In this document: one piece after another, positions 1 through 8,785 of the stretch | How positions within the stretch are numbered: the first letter of the stretch is position 1 | Layout: each line of letters starts with the position of its first letter | Source of the DNA: an uncultured Ectothiorhodospiraceae bacterium | Lineage (GTDB): Bacteria > Pseudomonadota > Gammaproteobacteria > XJ16 > Halofilaceae | Assembly (NCBI GenBank): GCA_964626335.1 | Contig: CAZVFN010000001.1 | Coordinates: forward strand, 11,482 to 75,481 | Direction of reading: 5' to 3' | DNA length: 64,000 nucleotides | Program-made: the position numbers and the translations under genes | The notes under the pieces: generated by a model | The model's database searches: none | What the model was told of the DNA's origin: nothing | Seen by the model: the letters and a program-made list of their open reading frames with translations, nothing else

Positions 1-1820
1 TCAAGGTCGCTGACGCCCCAGAACTGCTCGAACTTGCGCCGCACCTCGTCGTCCCCGACCGGCTGATAATCGGGGTAGACCATGGGGATCAGGCCGGCAT
101 CCGAGGCGCCCTGCACGTTGTTCTGCCCGCGCAACGGATGCAGGCCGACGCCGGGCTTGCCGACGTTGCCGGTCATCAGTGCCAGCGCGATCAGGCAACG
201 GCTGTTGTCCGTGCCGTGGATGTGCTGGGAGATGCCCATGCCCCAGAACATGATCGACCGGGTCGTCGCGTAGATGCGCGCGACCTCGCGGATCGTCTCG
301 GCCGGGATGCCGCAGACATCGGCCATGCCTTCGGGGCTGTAGGCGTTCATCACGACCTGCTTCAGCTCTTCGAAGCCCTCGGTGCGCGCCTCGATGAACT
401 CGTCGTTGGTCAGCCCTTCCTCGATGATGGTGTACATCATCGAGTTGAGGAGCGCGACGTCGGTGTCCGGCTTGAACTGCAGCGTGTGCGTGGCGTGCCG
501 CGCCATTTCGATGCGCCGCGGATCGATCACGATCAGGTTCTTGCCGTTTTCGGCCTCGTTCTTCATGAACGTCGCCGCGACGGGGTGATTCGACGTCGGA
601 TTGGCGCCGATCACCACCATGGTTTCGGCGTCCTCGACATCGCGCACCTGGTTCGACACACCGCCGGAGCCGATCCCCTCGATCAGGGCCGCCACCGAGG
701 AGGCGTGACACAGCCGTGTGCAGTGATCGATATTGTTCGTGCCGAAACCGGTACGCACGAGTTTCTGGAACAGGTAGGCCTCCTCGTTCGAGCCCTTCGC
801 CGAACCGAAGCCGGCGAGTGCCTGGGGACCACTCTGCTCGCGGATCGCCAGCAACCCGGAAGCCGCGCGCTCCATTGCCTCTTCCCAGGTCGCCTCGCGG
901 AAGATGTCCTCGGGGCGGCCCGGATCGAAGTCGCTCCTGAGCTCCTTGGGCACACCCTCCTTGCGGACCAGCGGCTTCGTCAGCCGATTCGGGTGATCGA
1001 CGTAGTCGAAGCCGTAGCGGCCCTTGACGCACAGGCGCTCGTGGTTGGACGGCCCGTCGCGGCCCTCGATGTGCAGGATCCGGTTGTCCTTGACGTTGTA
1101 TTGCAGCTGGCAGCCGACGCCGCAGTAGGGGCAGACCGAGTCGACCTTCTCGTCCTCCTCGATCATGCCGACCCCCTGGGCCGGCATCAGCGCCCCGGTC
1201 GGACAGGCCTGGACGCACTCGCCGCAGGCGACGCAGGAGGACTCGCCCATCGGGTCGCCGAGGTCGAACACGATCTCCGCCTGGTCGCCGCGGAAGGCGA
1301 AGCCGATGACGTCGTGGACCTGTTCCTCGCGGCACGCACGCACGCAGCGCGTGCACTGGATGCAGGCATCGAGATTGACCGCCATGGCCGGATGCGAAAG
1401 GTCCGGTGCGGGCTGCTTGCGCGACGGGAAACGCGGTGTCGGCACGCCGGTCTCGCGGACCCAGTAGTCCAGTTCGCTGTCCGGCGTGTACTCGGTGTCC
1501 GGCATGTCCGACTGCAGCAGCTCGAGCACCATCTTCTGCGACAGGCGGGCCCGCTCTGTGCCACTGCGCACGACCATGCCCGCCTTCGGCAGCCGCCAGC
1601 ACGATGGCGCGAGCGCGCGCTCGCCGTCGATCTCGACCATGCAGGAGCGGCAGTTGCCGACCGGACGCTGGCCCTCCGTATAGCAGAGCCGCGGGATCTC
1701 GGTGCCGAGACCCTCGCGGTCCGCGGCCTGGAGAATGGTCTCGCCCTCGAGGGCGGTGATCTGCTCACCGTCGAGGGTGAAGGTGACGGTTTCGACGACG
1801 TGCTCGGGTTGGGCAGCCAT
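1..1820 (-). CDS. fdsA: NAD-dependent formate dehydrogenase alpha subunit (FdsA-like, molybdopterin/Fe-S). N-terminal ~606 codons only; the gene runs off the left edge.
   Basis: Absent from the supplied ORF track. Hand translation of the reverse strand from ATG 1820-1818 gives MAAQPEHVVETVTFTLDGEQITALEGETILQAADREGLGTEIPRLCYTEGQRPVGNCRSCMVEIDGERALAPSC (NuoG-type 2Fe-2S spacing C-x10-C-x2-C-x13-C), and later VNLDACIQCTRCVRACREEQ (4Fe-4S). The ATG overlaps the TGA of fdsB (ATGA). Confidence 0.85.
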   Translation of the reverse strand, partial: MAAQPEHVVETVTFTLDGEQITALEGETILQAADREGLGTEIPRLCYTEGQRPVGNCRSCMVEIDGERALAPSCWRLPKAGMVVRSGTERARLSQKMVLELLQSDMPDTEYTPDSELDYWVRETGVPTPRFPSRKQPAPDLSHPAMAVNLDACIQCTRCVRACREEQVHDVIGFAFRGDQAEIVFDLGDPMGESSCVACGECVQACPTGALMPAQGVGMIEEDEKVDSVCPYCGVGCQLQYNVKDNRILHIEGRDGPSNHERLCVKGRYGFDYVDHPNRLTKPLVRKEGVPKELRSDFDPGRPEDIFREATWEEAMERAASGLLAIREQSGPQALAGFGSAKGSNEEAYLFQKLVRTGFGTNNIDHCTRLCHASSVAALIEGIGSGGVSNQVRDVEDAETMVVIGANPTSNHPVAATFMKNEAENGKNLIVIDPRRIEMARHATHTLQFKPDTDVALLNSMMYTIIEEGLTNDEFIEARTEGFEELKQVVMNAYSPEGMADVCGIPAETIREVARIYATTRSIMFWGMGISQHIHGTDNSRCLIALALMTGNVGKPGVGLHPLRGQNNVQGASDAGLIPMVYPDYQPVGDDEVRRKFEQFWGVSDL

Positions 1821-3517
1821 CAGGACAGTTCCTCCGGGAAGTACTTGATCACGCAACGCATCGGATTGGGCGCGGCCTGGCCGAGCCCGCAGATCGAGGC
1901 ATCGACCATGCAGGTCGCCAGCTCGTCCAGCAAGTCGGTGTCCCAGCGCCGCTGTTCCATCAGGTGCGCCGCCTTGGCCGTGCCGACCCGGCAGGGGGTG
2001 CACTGGCCACAGGATTCGTGGTGGAAGAAGCGCATCGTGTTCAGCGCGGCCTGCTTCGCGCTGTCGCGGTTCGACAGCACGACAATCGCCGCCGAGCCGA
2101 TGAAGCAGTTCTCGTCGGCATCCTGCAGGGTGTCGAAATCGAGCGGGACATCGGCCTTGGAGGCCGGCAGGATGCCCCCCGATGCCCCGCCCGGGAAGTA
2201 GCCGTACAGCCGATGGCCGTCCTGCATGCCGCCGCAGTACTCGTCGATCAGCTCGCGCAGGGTGATGCCTGCGGGCGCGACGTGCACGCCCGGCTGCTTC
2301 ACGCGCCCGCTGACGGAGAACGAGCGGAACCCGGTGCGGCCGTTGCGCCCGTGCTGCGAGAACCACTCGGGCCCCTTCTCGAGCACGTCGCGCACCCAGT
2401 GCATCGTCTCCAGGTTCTGCTCGAGCGTGGGGCGGCCGAAGATGCCGATCTGGGCGACCAGCGGCGGGCGCAGGCGCGGCATGCCGCGCTTGCCCTCGAT
2501 CGACTCGATCATGCCCGACTCCTCGCCGCAGATGTAGGCCCCGGCCCCGCGGCGGATGTGGATCCGCGGCAGCGCGCACGGCGCGTCCGCGATCAGCTCG
2601 GCGACGGTCCGATGCAGCACTTGCTCGGCCGCGGCGTACTCGTCGCGCAGGTACAGGTAAACGTCGGGCGCGTTGATCGCCCAGGCGCCGATGAGCGTGC
2701 CCTCGAGGAAGCGATGCGGGTCGCGTTCGAGGAAATGGCGATCCTTGAACGTCCCGGGCTCGCCCTCGTCGATGTTGATGGCCACGTAGCGCGGCTCGGG
2801 CTCGTTGCGCAGGGCACGCCACTTCTTGCCGGCCGGGAAGCCGGCCCCTCCGAGGCCGCGCAGCTTCGCGTTCTCGAGCGTCGTGACGACGTCCTCGACC
2901 TCGCGCTCGCCATTGACACACTCGGCGAGCACCCGGTACCCGCCATCGGCACGGTAATCGGCGTAGTGCACCGTCTCCGCGGGCGGCGCCGGCATCGTTT
3001 CCCGGGCCTCGACCGCGGAACGGACGCCGTCGAGCGACGCCTCCGGGACCTGGTTGCGACCGACGACCGCGACGGGTGCATCGTAGCAACGGCCCACGCA
3101 GGGCACGCGCTGGACGCGGACATTGCTGCCGAGCCCCTCCTCGAGCTGATCGACCAGCTCGTCACAGCCGTACATCTCGCAGGTGATGGAGTCGCACACC
3201 CGCACGGTGAGCCCGGGGGGTGCCTCCTCGCCCTCTTTCACCACGTCGAAGTGATGGTAGAACGTGGCCACCTCGTAGACCTCGGCCGGCGAGAGCTTCA
3301 TCTCGCGGGCCAGCGCGACCAGGTGCTCGGCCGAAATGCAGCCGTAGTGATCCTGGATCTTGTGCAGGTGCTCGATCAGCAGGTCTGATTGGCGCGAGGC
3401 GTCGCCGAGCAGCGCCTGGATGTCCACGAGCGCCTCGGGGTCGACCGATCGCCCCTTGGGCTTGGCCCGCTTGCGGATCGGCTTGACGGGCGCTTCGCCT
3501 TTCGCACTGTCGGCCAT
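1820..3517 (-). CDS. fdsB: Formate dehydrogenase diaphorase subunit, a NuoE-like (FdsG) plus NuoF-like (FdsB) fusion
   Basis: ORF 1820..3589. I moved the start to ATG 3517 (MADSAKGEA...), which has AGGAGA a few nt upstream. The N-terminal part is NuoE-like 2Fe-2S (VCDSITCEMYGC ... CVGRC). The C-terminal part is NuoF-like (LRGLGGAGFPAGKKW, ESCGQCTPCR). Confidence 0.9.
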   Translation of the reverse strand: MADSAKGEAPVKPIRKRAKPKGRSVDPEALVDIQALLGDASRQSDLLIEHLHKIQDHYGCISAEHLVALAREMKLSPAEVYEVATFYHHFDVVKEGEEAPPGLTVRVCDSITCEMYGCDELVDQLEEGLGSNVRVQRVPCVGRCYDAPVAVVGRNQVPEASLDGVRSAVEARETMPAPPAETVHYADYRADGGYRVLAECVNGEREVEDVVTTLENAKLRGLGGAGFPAGKKWRALRNEPEPRYVAINIDEGEPGTFKDRHFLERDPHRFLEGTLIGAWAINAPDVYLYLRDEYAAAEQVLHRTVAELIADAPCALPRIHIRRGAGAYICGEESGMIESIEGKRGMPRLRPPLVAQIGIFGRPTLEQNLETMHWVRDVLEKGPEWFSQHGRNGRTGFRSFSVSGRVKQPGVHVAPAGITLRELIDEYCGGMQDGHRLYGYFPGGASGGILPASKADVPLDFDTLQDADENCFIGSAAIVVLSNRDSAKQAALNTMRFFHHESCGQCTPCRVGTAKAAHLMEQRRWDTDLLDELATCMVDASICGLGQAAPNPMRCVIKYFPEELS

Positions 3518-3634
3518 CGGATCTCCTCTTGCTGCACCGTTGCCCCACGCGGCGAGCCGCATCATAGCCTTTTTGGCACGCTGCGGCACAGCCTCATGCG
3601 ACGCACTGCTTGTCGCGATACGACATCCTAAAAC

Positions 3635-3651
3635 GATTTCGATTCGAAATC
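3635..3651. promoter_or_regulatory. 17-bp perfect palindrome GATTTCGA-T-TCGAAATC in the fdsB/livG divergent intergenic region; candidate operator
   Basis: Read directly. It is AT-rich in a GC-rich spacer, contains a T-N11-A core (TTTCGATTCGAAA), and lies between the divergent starts at 3517 and 3751. Confidence 0.3.
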
Positions 3652-3750
3652 ATAACGTCGTGCCCGGGCCGTGGGGAAGCCGTCCCAGCTTGAGGTGCGC
3701 CGGGGCCGTGTGTATCGTCGCGTGCCTCCCATCCGCGTCATGCCCGTGCA

Positions 3751-4527
3751 ATGATCGAGGTCGAAGACATCGTCAAGACCTTCGGCGGACTGCGTGCCGT
3801 CGACGGCTGTTCGTTCGGGGTGACGGAGGGGTCCATCACGGGCCTGATCGGCCCCAACGGCGCCGGCAAGACGACGCTGTTCAACATCGCCGCCGGGTTC
3901 CTGCAGCCCGACTCGGGCCGGGTGCTGCTTGACGGCACGGACATCACGGCGCTGCCCGCCCACCGCCGCTTCCACCGGGGTCTCGTGCGCACCTTCCAGA
4001 TCCCGCACGAGTTCGGGCGCATGTCGGTGATCGAGAACCTGATGATCGTGCCCCCGGGCCAGTCCGGCGAGAGCGTGGCGTCGACGCTGTTGCGCTTCGC
4101 TCGCGTGCGCCGCGAGGAGCGTGCCGTGCGCGAGCGCGCGGAGGGCGTCCTCGAGTTCCTGCAGCTTGCCCATCTGCGCGACGAGCTGGCCGCCAATCTG
4201 TCGGGCGGCCAGAAGAAGCTCCTCGAGCTGGGCCGCACGATGATGACCGAGGCGCGGGTGGTGCTTCTCGACGAGCCCGGCGCCGGCGTCAACCGCACAC
4301 TGCTGGGCCGCCTCGCCGAGGACATCCGCCGCCTCAACCGCGAGCACGGCTACACCTTCTGCATCATCGAGCACGACATGGACCTGATCGCCGAGCTGTG
4401 CGACCCGGTCGTGGTCATGGCGCAGGGGCGGGTGCTGACCCAGGGCACGATGGCGGAGATCCGCTCGAATGACGCCGTGCTCGAGGCCTACCTGGGCGGC
4501 GGCGCCGCCGCCGAAGCCGAGTCATGA
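3751..4527 (+). CDS. livG: Branched-chain amino acid-type ABC transporter, ATP-binding protein (LivG family)
   Basis: Walker A GPNGAGKTT, signature LSGGQKKLLE, Walker B VVLLDEP, and a LivG-type C-terminal extension. Confidence 0.85.
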   Translation: MIEVEDIVKTFGGLRAVDGCSFGVTEGSITGLIGPNGAGKTTLFNIAAGFLQPDSGRVLLDGTDITALPAHRRFHRGLVRTFQIPHEFGRMSVIENLMIVPPGQSGESVASTLLRFARVRREERAVRERAEGVLEFLQLAHLRDELAANLSGGQKKLLELGRTMMTEARVVLLDEPGAGVNRTLLGRLAEDIRRLNREHGYTFCIIEHDMDLIAELCDPVVVMAQGRVLTQGTMAEIRSNDAVLEAYLGGGAAAEAES

Positions 4528-5228
4528 CCCTGCTCGCGGCGGAGGCGATCCACGGCGGCTACGGCGGCGCCGACATCCTGCACGGGGTGTCGCTGCGTGT
4601 CGAGGCCGGCGAGATTGTGGTCGTCGTCGGCCCCAACGGTGCCGGCAAGTCGACCGCGATGAAGGCGCTTTTCGGGCTGGTCAACGTGCGCTCCGGGCGC
4701 GTGACGCTCGACGCCGAGGACATCAGCCGGCTCGCGCCGAACAAGATCGTCCGCCGCGGCATCTGCTACGTCCCGCAGGAGGCGAACGTGTTCCCGTCGC
4801 TGACGGTGCGCGAGAACCTCGAGATGGGCGCGTTCATTCGCCGCGACGACTTCCGCGCGCAGGCCGATCGGGTGTTCGAGCTGTTCCCCCCGCTCAAGGA
4901 GAAGCGCGGCCAGACGGCGGGCACGCTCTCGGGCGGTCAGCGCCAGATGGTCGCGATCGGCCGCGCGCTGATGCTCGAGCCGAAGGTGCTGCTGCTCGAC
5001 GAACCCACGGCCGGCCTGTCGCCGAGGTTCATCGAGCTGATCTTCGAGCGCGTTCGGGAGATCAACGCCGCCGGCGTGAGCATCCTCATGGTGGAGCAGA
5101 ACGCGCGCCAGGCGCTCCGCCTCGCCGACCGCGGCTACGTGCTGGTGCTCGGGGCCAATCGCCACGAGGACACCGGGGCCAACCTGCTTGCCGACCGCGA
5201 GGTCGCCGAGATGTTCCTGGGCGGATGA
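4524..5228 (+). CDS. livF: Branched-chain amino acid-type ABC transporter, ATP-binding protein (LivF family)
   Basis: GPNGAGKST, LSGGQRQMVAIGRAL, LLLDEP. The start overlaps the livG stop (ATGA). Confidence 0.85.
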   Translation: MTLLAAEAIHGGYGGADILHGVSLRVEAGEIVVVVGPNGAGKSTAMKALFGLVNVRSGRVTLDAEDISRLAPNKIVRRGICYVPQEANVFPSLTVRENLEMGAFIRRDDFRAQADRVFELFPPLKEKRGQTAGTLSGGQRQMVAIGRALMLEPKVLLLDEPTAGLSPRFIELIFERVREINAAGVSILMVEQNARQALRLADRGYVLVLGANRHEDTGANLLADREVAEMFLGG

Positions 5229-5237
5229 GGTGAGCCG

Positions 5238-6104
5238 ATGATCGATCTGCTGCAGCTCCTCATCTACGGCATCGTCCTCGGCAGCATCATCGCCCTGGGC
5301 GCGATCGGGGTCTCGCTGATCTTCGGCATCCTGCGCTTCGCGCATTTCGCGCACGGCGACCTGATGACCCTCGGTGCCTATTTCGCGCTGGCCGGTGTCG
5401 CGGGCATGGGCATGCCCATGTTCGCCGCCTTCGGCCTCGGCCTGGTCGCGACCGGCGCCGTCGCGGTGGTCATCGACCGCGCCCTCTACAGCCGCCTGCA
5501 GCGGGTCTCGCCCATCATCCTGCTGATCAGCTCGGTGGGTGTCGCGCTGATGCTGCGCAGCCTGATCCAGATGATCTGGGGGCCGGACAACGCCGTCTAC
5601 CAGGCCGGGATCTCGCAGCCGTGGGTCCTCGCCGGCGGGCTGCGCATCCAGCCGACCCAGGTCCTGATCATCGCGGGTGCGGCCACCCTGATGCTGGCGC
5701 TGCACCTGTTCCTGCAGCGGACACGCTTCGGCAAGGCCATGCGGGCGATGTCGGACAATCCCGACCTCGCGCGGCTGTCGGGCATCGACACCGACAAGGT
5801 GGTGATGCTGACCTGGGTCATCGCGGGCGTACTCGCGGCCGCGGCCGGCATCTTCCTCGGCATGGACACCCGGCTGCACCCGATCATGGGCTGGAAGCTG
5901 CTCCTGCCCGTGTTCGCCGCGGCGATCTTCGGCGGCATCGGCAAGCCGTACGGCGCGGTCGCCGGGGCACTGGTGATCGGGCTCGCGCAGGAGCTGTCGA
6001 CGCTGGTCATGCCGGCGGCCTACAAGCCGGCGGTGGCGTTCGCCCTCATGGTGATCATGCTCGTGTGGCGGCCCACGGGGCTGTTCAGCGGCAAGGTGCT
6101 TTGA
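5238..6104 (+). CDS. livH: ABC transporter permease (LivH family)
   Basis: 288-aa polytopic membrane protein with LivH-like ends (MIDLLQLLIYGIVLGSIIALGAIG ... VWRPTGLFG). Confidence 0.8.
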   Translation: MIDLLQLLIYGIVLGSIIALGAIGVSLIFGILRFAHFAHGDLMTLGAYFALAGVAGMGMPMFAAFGLGLVATGAVAVVIDRALYSRLQRVSPIILLISSVGVALMLRSLIQMIWGPDNAVYQAGISQPWVLAGGLRIQPTQVLIIAGAATLMLALHLFLQRTRFGKAMRAMSDNPDLARLSGIDTDKVVMLTWVIAGVLAAAAGIFLGMDTRLHPIMGWKLLLPVFAAAIFGGIGKPYGAVAGALVIGLAQELSTLVMPAAYKPAVAFALMVIMLVWRPTGLFSGKVL

Positions 6105-6106
6105 CC

Positions 6107-7081
6107 ATGGAACTCGCCGGGCTGCTCGGCTACTTCTTCTACTTCCTGTCGATGGCCACGATCTACGCCGTGCTCGCGCTCGGCCTGAACATCCAGTGGG
6201 GCTACACCGGCCAGCTCAACATCGGCGTGGCCGCGTTCTTCGCGGTGGGCGCCTACACCAGCGCCATCGCCACCAGCCCGGCCAGCGCGGACCACCTCGG
6301 GGGCTTCGCCCTGCCCTTCCTGGTCGGGCTGGTGCTGGCCATGGTCATCGCCGGCATTGTGGCCCTCGCGGTCGGGCTGATCACCCTCAACCTGCGCTCC
6401 GACTACCTGGCGATCGCCACCATCGGCATCGCCGAGATCGTGCGTCTGTTCCTCAAGAACGAGGCCTGGCTGACCAACGGGGTGCGCGGCATGTCGTCGA
6501 TCCCGGGGCCATTCGAGGGCATCGCGGGCGACGGCGAGGCCATGGCCTACCTGCTGGCGCTGCTGGCCCTGGCGGGGGGGGTGTACTGGACCTGCCAGCG
6601 GCTGTTCCGCTCGCCCTGGGCGCGCGTGCTGCGCGCCATCCGCGCGAACGAGGACGCGGTCCTGGCGGCGGGCAAGAACGTGCTGCGCTTCCGGGTCGAG
6701 GCGTTCGTGCTCGGCTCCATGTTCATGGGCCTCGGTGGGGCTCTCTACGCGCACTTCGTGGGCTTCATCAGCCCGGGTGCGTTCGACCCGATGTTCGCCA
6801 CGTTCGTCGTCTGGGTGATGCTGATCGCCGGCGGGAGCGGCAACAACCGCGGCGCCCTGCTGGGCGCCCTGGTCATCTGGGGGGTGTGGACCATGAGCGA
6901 GTCGATGGTCGGGGGCCTGATCGACATCGGCCTGCTGCCCGACCAGCTCAAGACCCAGGCCTCGGCGCTGCGCATCTTCGTGATCGGGCTGCTGCTGGAG
7001 ATCATCCTGCTGACGCGACCCCAGGGCCTGCTGCCGGAACGCCCGCCGCGGGCCATCGACCTGGCGCGCGAGCGCGACTGA
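6107..7081 (+). CDS. livM: ABC transporter permease (LivM family)
   Basis: In-frame tail of ORF 5621..7081. Start set at ATG 6107 (MELAGLLGYFFYFLS), 3 nt after the livH stop. Polytopic, with LNIQWGYTGQLNIG and SDYLAIATIG motifs. Confidence 0.8.
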   Translation: MELAGLLGYFFYFLSMATIYAVLALGLNIQWGYTGQLNIGVAAFFAVGAYTSAIATSPASADHLGGFALPFLVGLVLAMVIAGIVALAVGLITLNLRSDYLAIATIGIAEIVRLFLKNEAWLTNGVRGMSSIPGPFEGIAGDGEAMAYLLALLALAGGVYWTCQRLFRSPWARVLRAIRANEDAVLAAGKNVLRFRVEAFVLGSMFMGLGGALYAHFVGFISPGAFDPMFATFVVWVMLIAGGSGNNRGALLGALVIWGVWTMSESMVGGLIDIGLLPDQLKTQASALRIFVIGLLLEIILLTRPQGLLPERPPRAIDLARERD

Positions 7082-7217
7082 GCCCGGCCCGGTCGTCGCC
7101 CCGGCACCTCGGCACACCCCGGCCGCCCCGCTCCCCGGGACCACCCGGCGCCTCGCCCCCCGCCCCGGCATGCGAACGCGGCGGCACCTGCACGGCGAGA
7201 CCGCGGGGCGGCGCGGC

Positions 7218-8582
7218 TCAGAAGGCCGGCTGGATCGCCTTCATGCTCGCGCGCACCTTGTCCGGGGCGTGCCCGTACGGCGCGGCGAGCGCGTCGAACA
7301 GCCGATCGAGCTGGTCGTTCGCACGTTGCAGCGCATCGCCCTCGAGTGCGCCCTGCTGCGACAGCGTGTCGACCAGGCCCGCCAGCGCCATGGCGGCCTG
7401 GTCCGACCAGCCGCGGTCGGCGTAGCCGCTGGCCGCGCCGGCCGCCGCGATCCGCCGGGCGATGCCCTCGACCGCGGCCGTGTCGATCGGCGTGCCGGCG
7501 AGGCGCCGCTCCGCCTCGCGCGCCAGCGACAGCAGCCGCTCGGCGGCCTGTTCCACCGCCGGCACGCCGCTGCCCTGCGACCGGTGCAGCGCCTTCAACG
7601 CGTCGATCCAGCGGTTGCGCAGTTCCGGGGCGAGCTCGGCGAGCACATAGCCGAGCATGCGGAAGGTCGCGTCCTCGAACGGCACGGTGCCAGGCCCCTG
7701 GTCGACGATCGGGCGCGCGACCCAGCTCGTGTCGCCCAGTCCGTGGTGACAGCTGCGGCAATCGAAGTAGTACAGCTCGGGGAAGAGCCCGCCCCGCGCC
7801 AGGTCGTCGCGCACCTGCCGGACCTTGGTGCGCGCGGCCACGGCCTGCCCGATCGCCCAGGTCTCGGCGGCGGAGGCCGCCGTCTTGCGTTGCCGATAAT
7901 CGGCGTCGACGCGGTGATGCCGGGGCCGGATGCGGCTGAACGTGTCCGCCTCGAACAACAGCGACGGGTGGCCCGCGGCCATGATCCGGTGCGTCATGGG
8001 CGACGCCGGGTGGCTGTAGTGGCAGGACATGCACAGGCGCGTGCGCTCGACCGGTCGGTCCGTGGGATAGAGGCCATTCGCGACGTTGTCCGCGTGCGTC
8101 ACCCCGCTGTTGGTGTGCGTCTCGATCCAGTCCTCCGCTCCGCCGTGACAGGCCTCGCAGCCGACGCCGTCGCTCACCTGGAAGCGCCTGCCACGGCGCT
8201 CCTCGGGCACGTTGTCGGTGTGGCAATCCAGGCAGGTGTCGGCCGCCGTCGCGGCCCCCAGGCCCAGCCGATCCGCGATCCGCTGCGATTCATCCGTGCG
8301 CAGCACGGCGTAGGCCTTGGAGTGGGGATCCTTGCGGTGCCAGGTCAGGAACTCGTTCTGCAGCACGTCGGTACTGTCGGACGCCCGCCCGGCGCCGTGG
8401 CAGGTGCTGCCGGCGCAGGTGGCCACGCCGAGGTGCTTGCTGTCGCCGAGGCGCGGCAGGGGGGGATCGTCCTGCGCCGGCGCCATGCCGGCCACCCCCA
8501 GCAGCAGGGCCGCGCCGGCAGCTGCGCGCCGGCGCGCGAGCGGATTGCCTCGGTACACGGTCCTGCCGTAGTGTTGCCACAT
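7218..8582 (-). CDS. Secreted multihaem cytochrome c (five sites: one CX4CH and four CXXCH) with a haem-free helical C-terminal half
   Basis: GGAGAAGGAA lies upstream of ATG 8582. Signal-like N-terminus RRRAAAGAALLLGVAGMAPAQ. Haem sites CAGSTCH, CLDCH, CEACH, CMSCH, CRSCH. Divergent from the 8786 gene. Confidence 0.8.
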   Translation of the reverse strand: MWQHYGRTVYRGNPLARRRAAAGAALLLGVAGMAPAQDDPPLPRLGDSKHLGVATCAGSTCHGAGRASDSTDVLQNEFLTWHRKDPHSKAYAVLRTDESQRIADRLGLGAATAADTCLDCHTDNVPEERRGRRFQVSDGVGCEACHGGAEDWIETHTNSGVTHADNVANGLYPTDRPVERTRLCMSCHYSHPASPMTHRIMAAGHPSLLFEADTFSRIRPRHHRVDADYRQRKTAASAAETWAIGQAVAARTKVRQVRDDLARGGLFPELYYFDCRSCHHGLGDTSWVARPIVDQGPGTVPFEDATFRMLGYVLAELAPELRNRWIDALKALHRSQGSGVPAVEQAAERLLSLAREAERRLAGTPIDTAAVEGIARRIAAAGAASGYADRGWSDQAAMALAGLVDTLSQQGALEGDALQRANDQLDRLFDALAAPYGHAPDKVRASMKAIQPAF

Positions 8583-8785
8583 GGTGGGTTCCTTCTCCGG
8601 GGACTTCGCCGCAAGCTAAAGGGTCGGACCGGGTTCGAGCGTAGCGGCTCGCGGCGTTCTTTCCCAGTCCCCGGCGATCACATCGCGCCATGCGCGGTCG
8701 CCGATCGCCGGGTGATGCGGCCCGAACAAGGGGCCCGGCACTCCGCCGCCGCGCGGGTGTACCGGGTCGAGGGGGAACAATCGGC

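Noticed and set aside
138-2201. 687-aa plus-strand ORF, and the 533-aa minus-strand ORF 1..1602, overlapping the formate dehydrogenase region
   Set aside because: The products are Arg/Ala/Gly/Pro-rich with no motifs, typical of GC-driven shadow frames. The third minus-strand frame translates into an unmistakable FdsA N-terminus, so fdsA is the real gene even though the track omits it. Its omission is a track artefact, not a pseudogene: I found no in-frame stop in the roughly 320 nt I translated continuously by hand from the start, and a later 4Fe-4S motif near 1321-1380 also reads cleanly.
6574-6581. G8 homopolymer inside livM, and a second G8 at 57670..57677 in the spacer upstream of the suf regulator
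   Set aside because: The livM reading frame is intact (GCG GGG GGG GTG). With only one sequence there is no evidence of length variation. Phase variation is speculative.
8690-8720. Palindrome CGGCGATCGCCG and nearby GC-rich repeats in the 8583..8785 divergent spacer, considered as an operator
   Set aside because: Short GC-rich palindromes are frequent at this composition. There is no second copy and no match to a known site, so no call is made.
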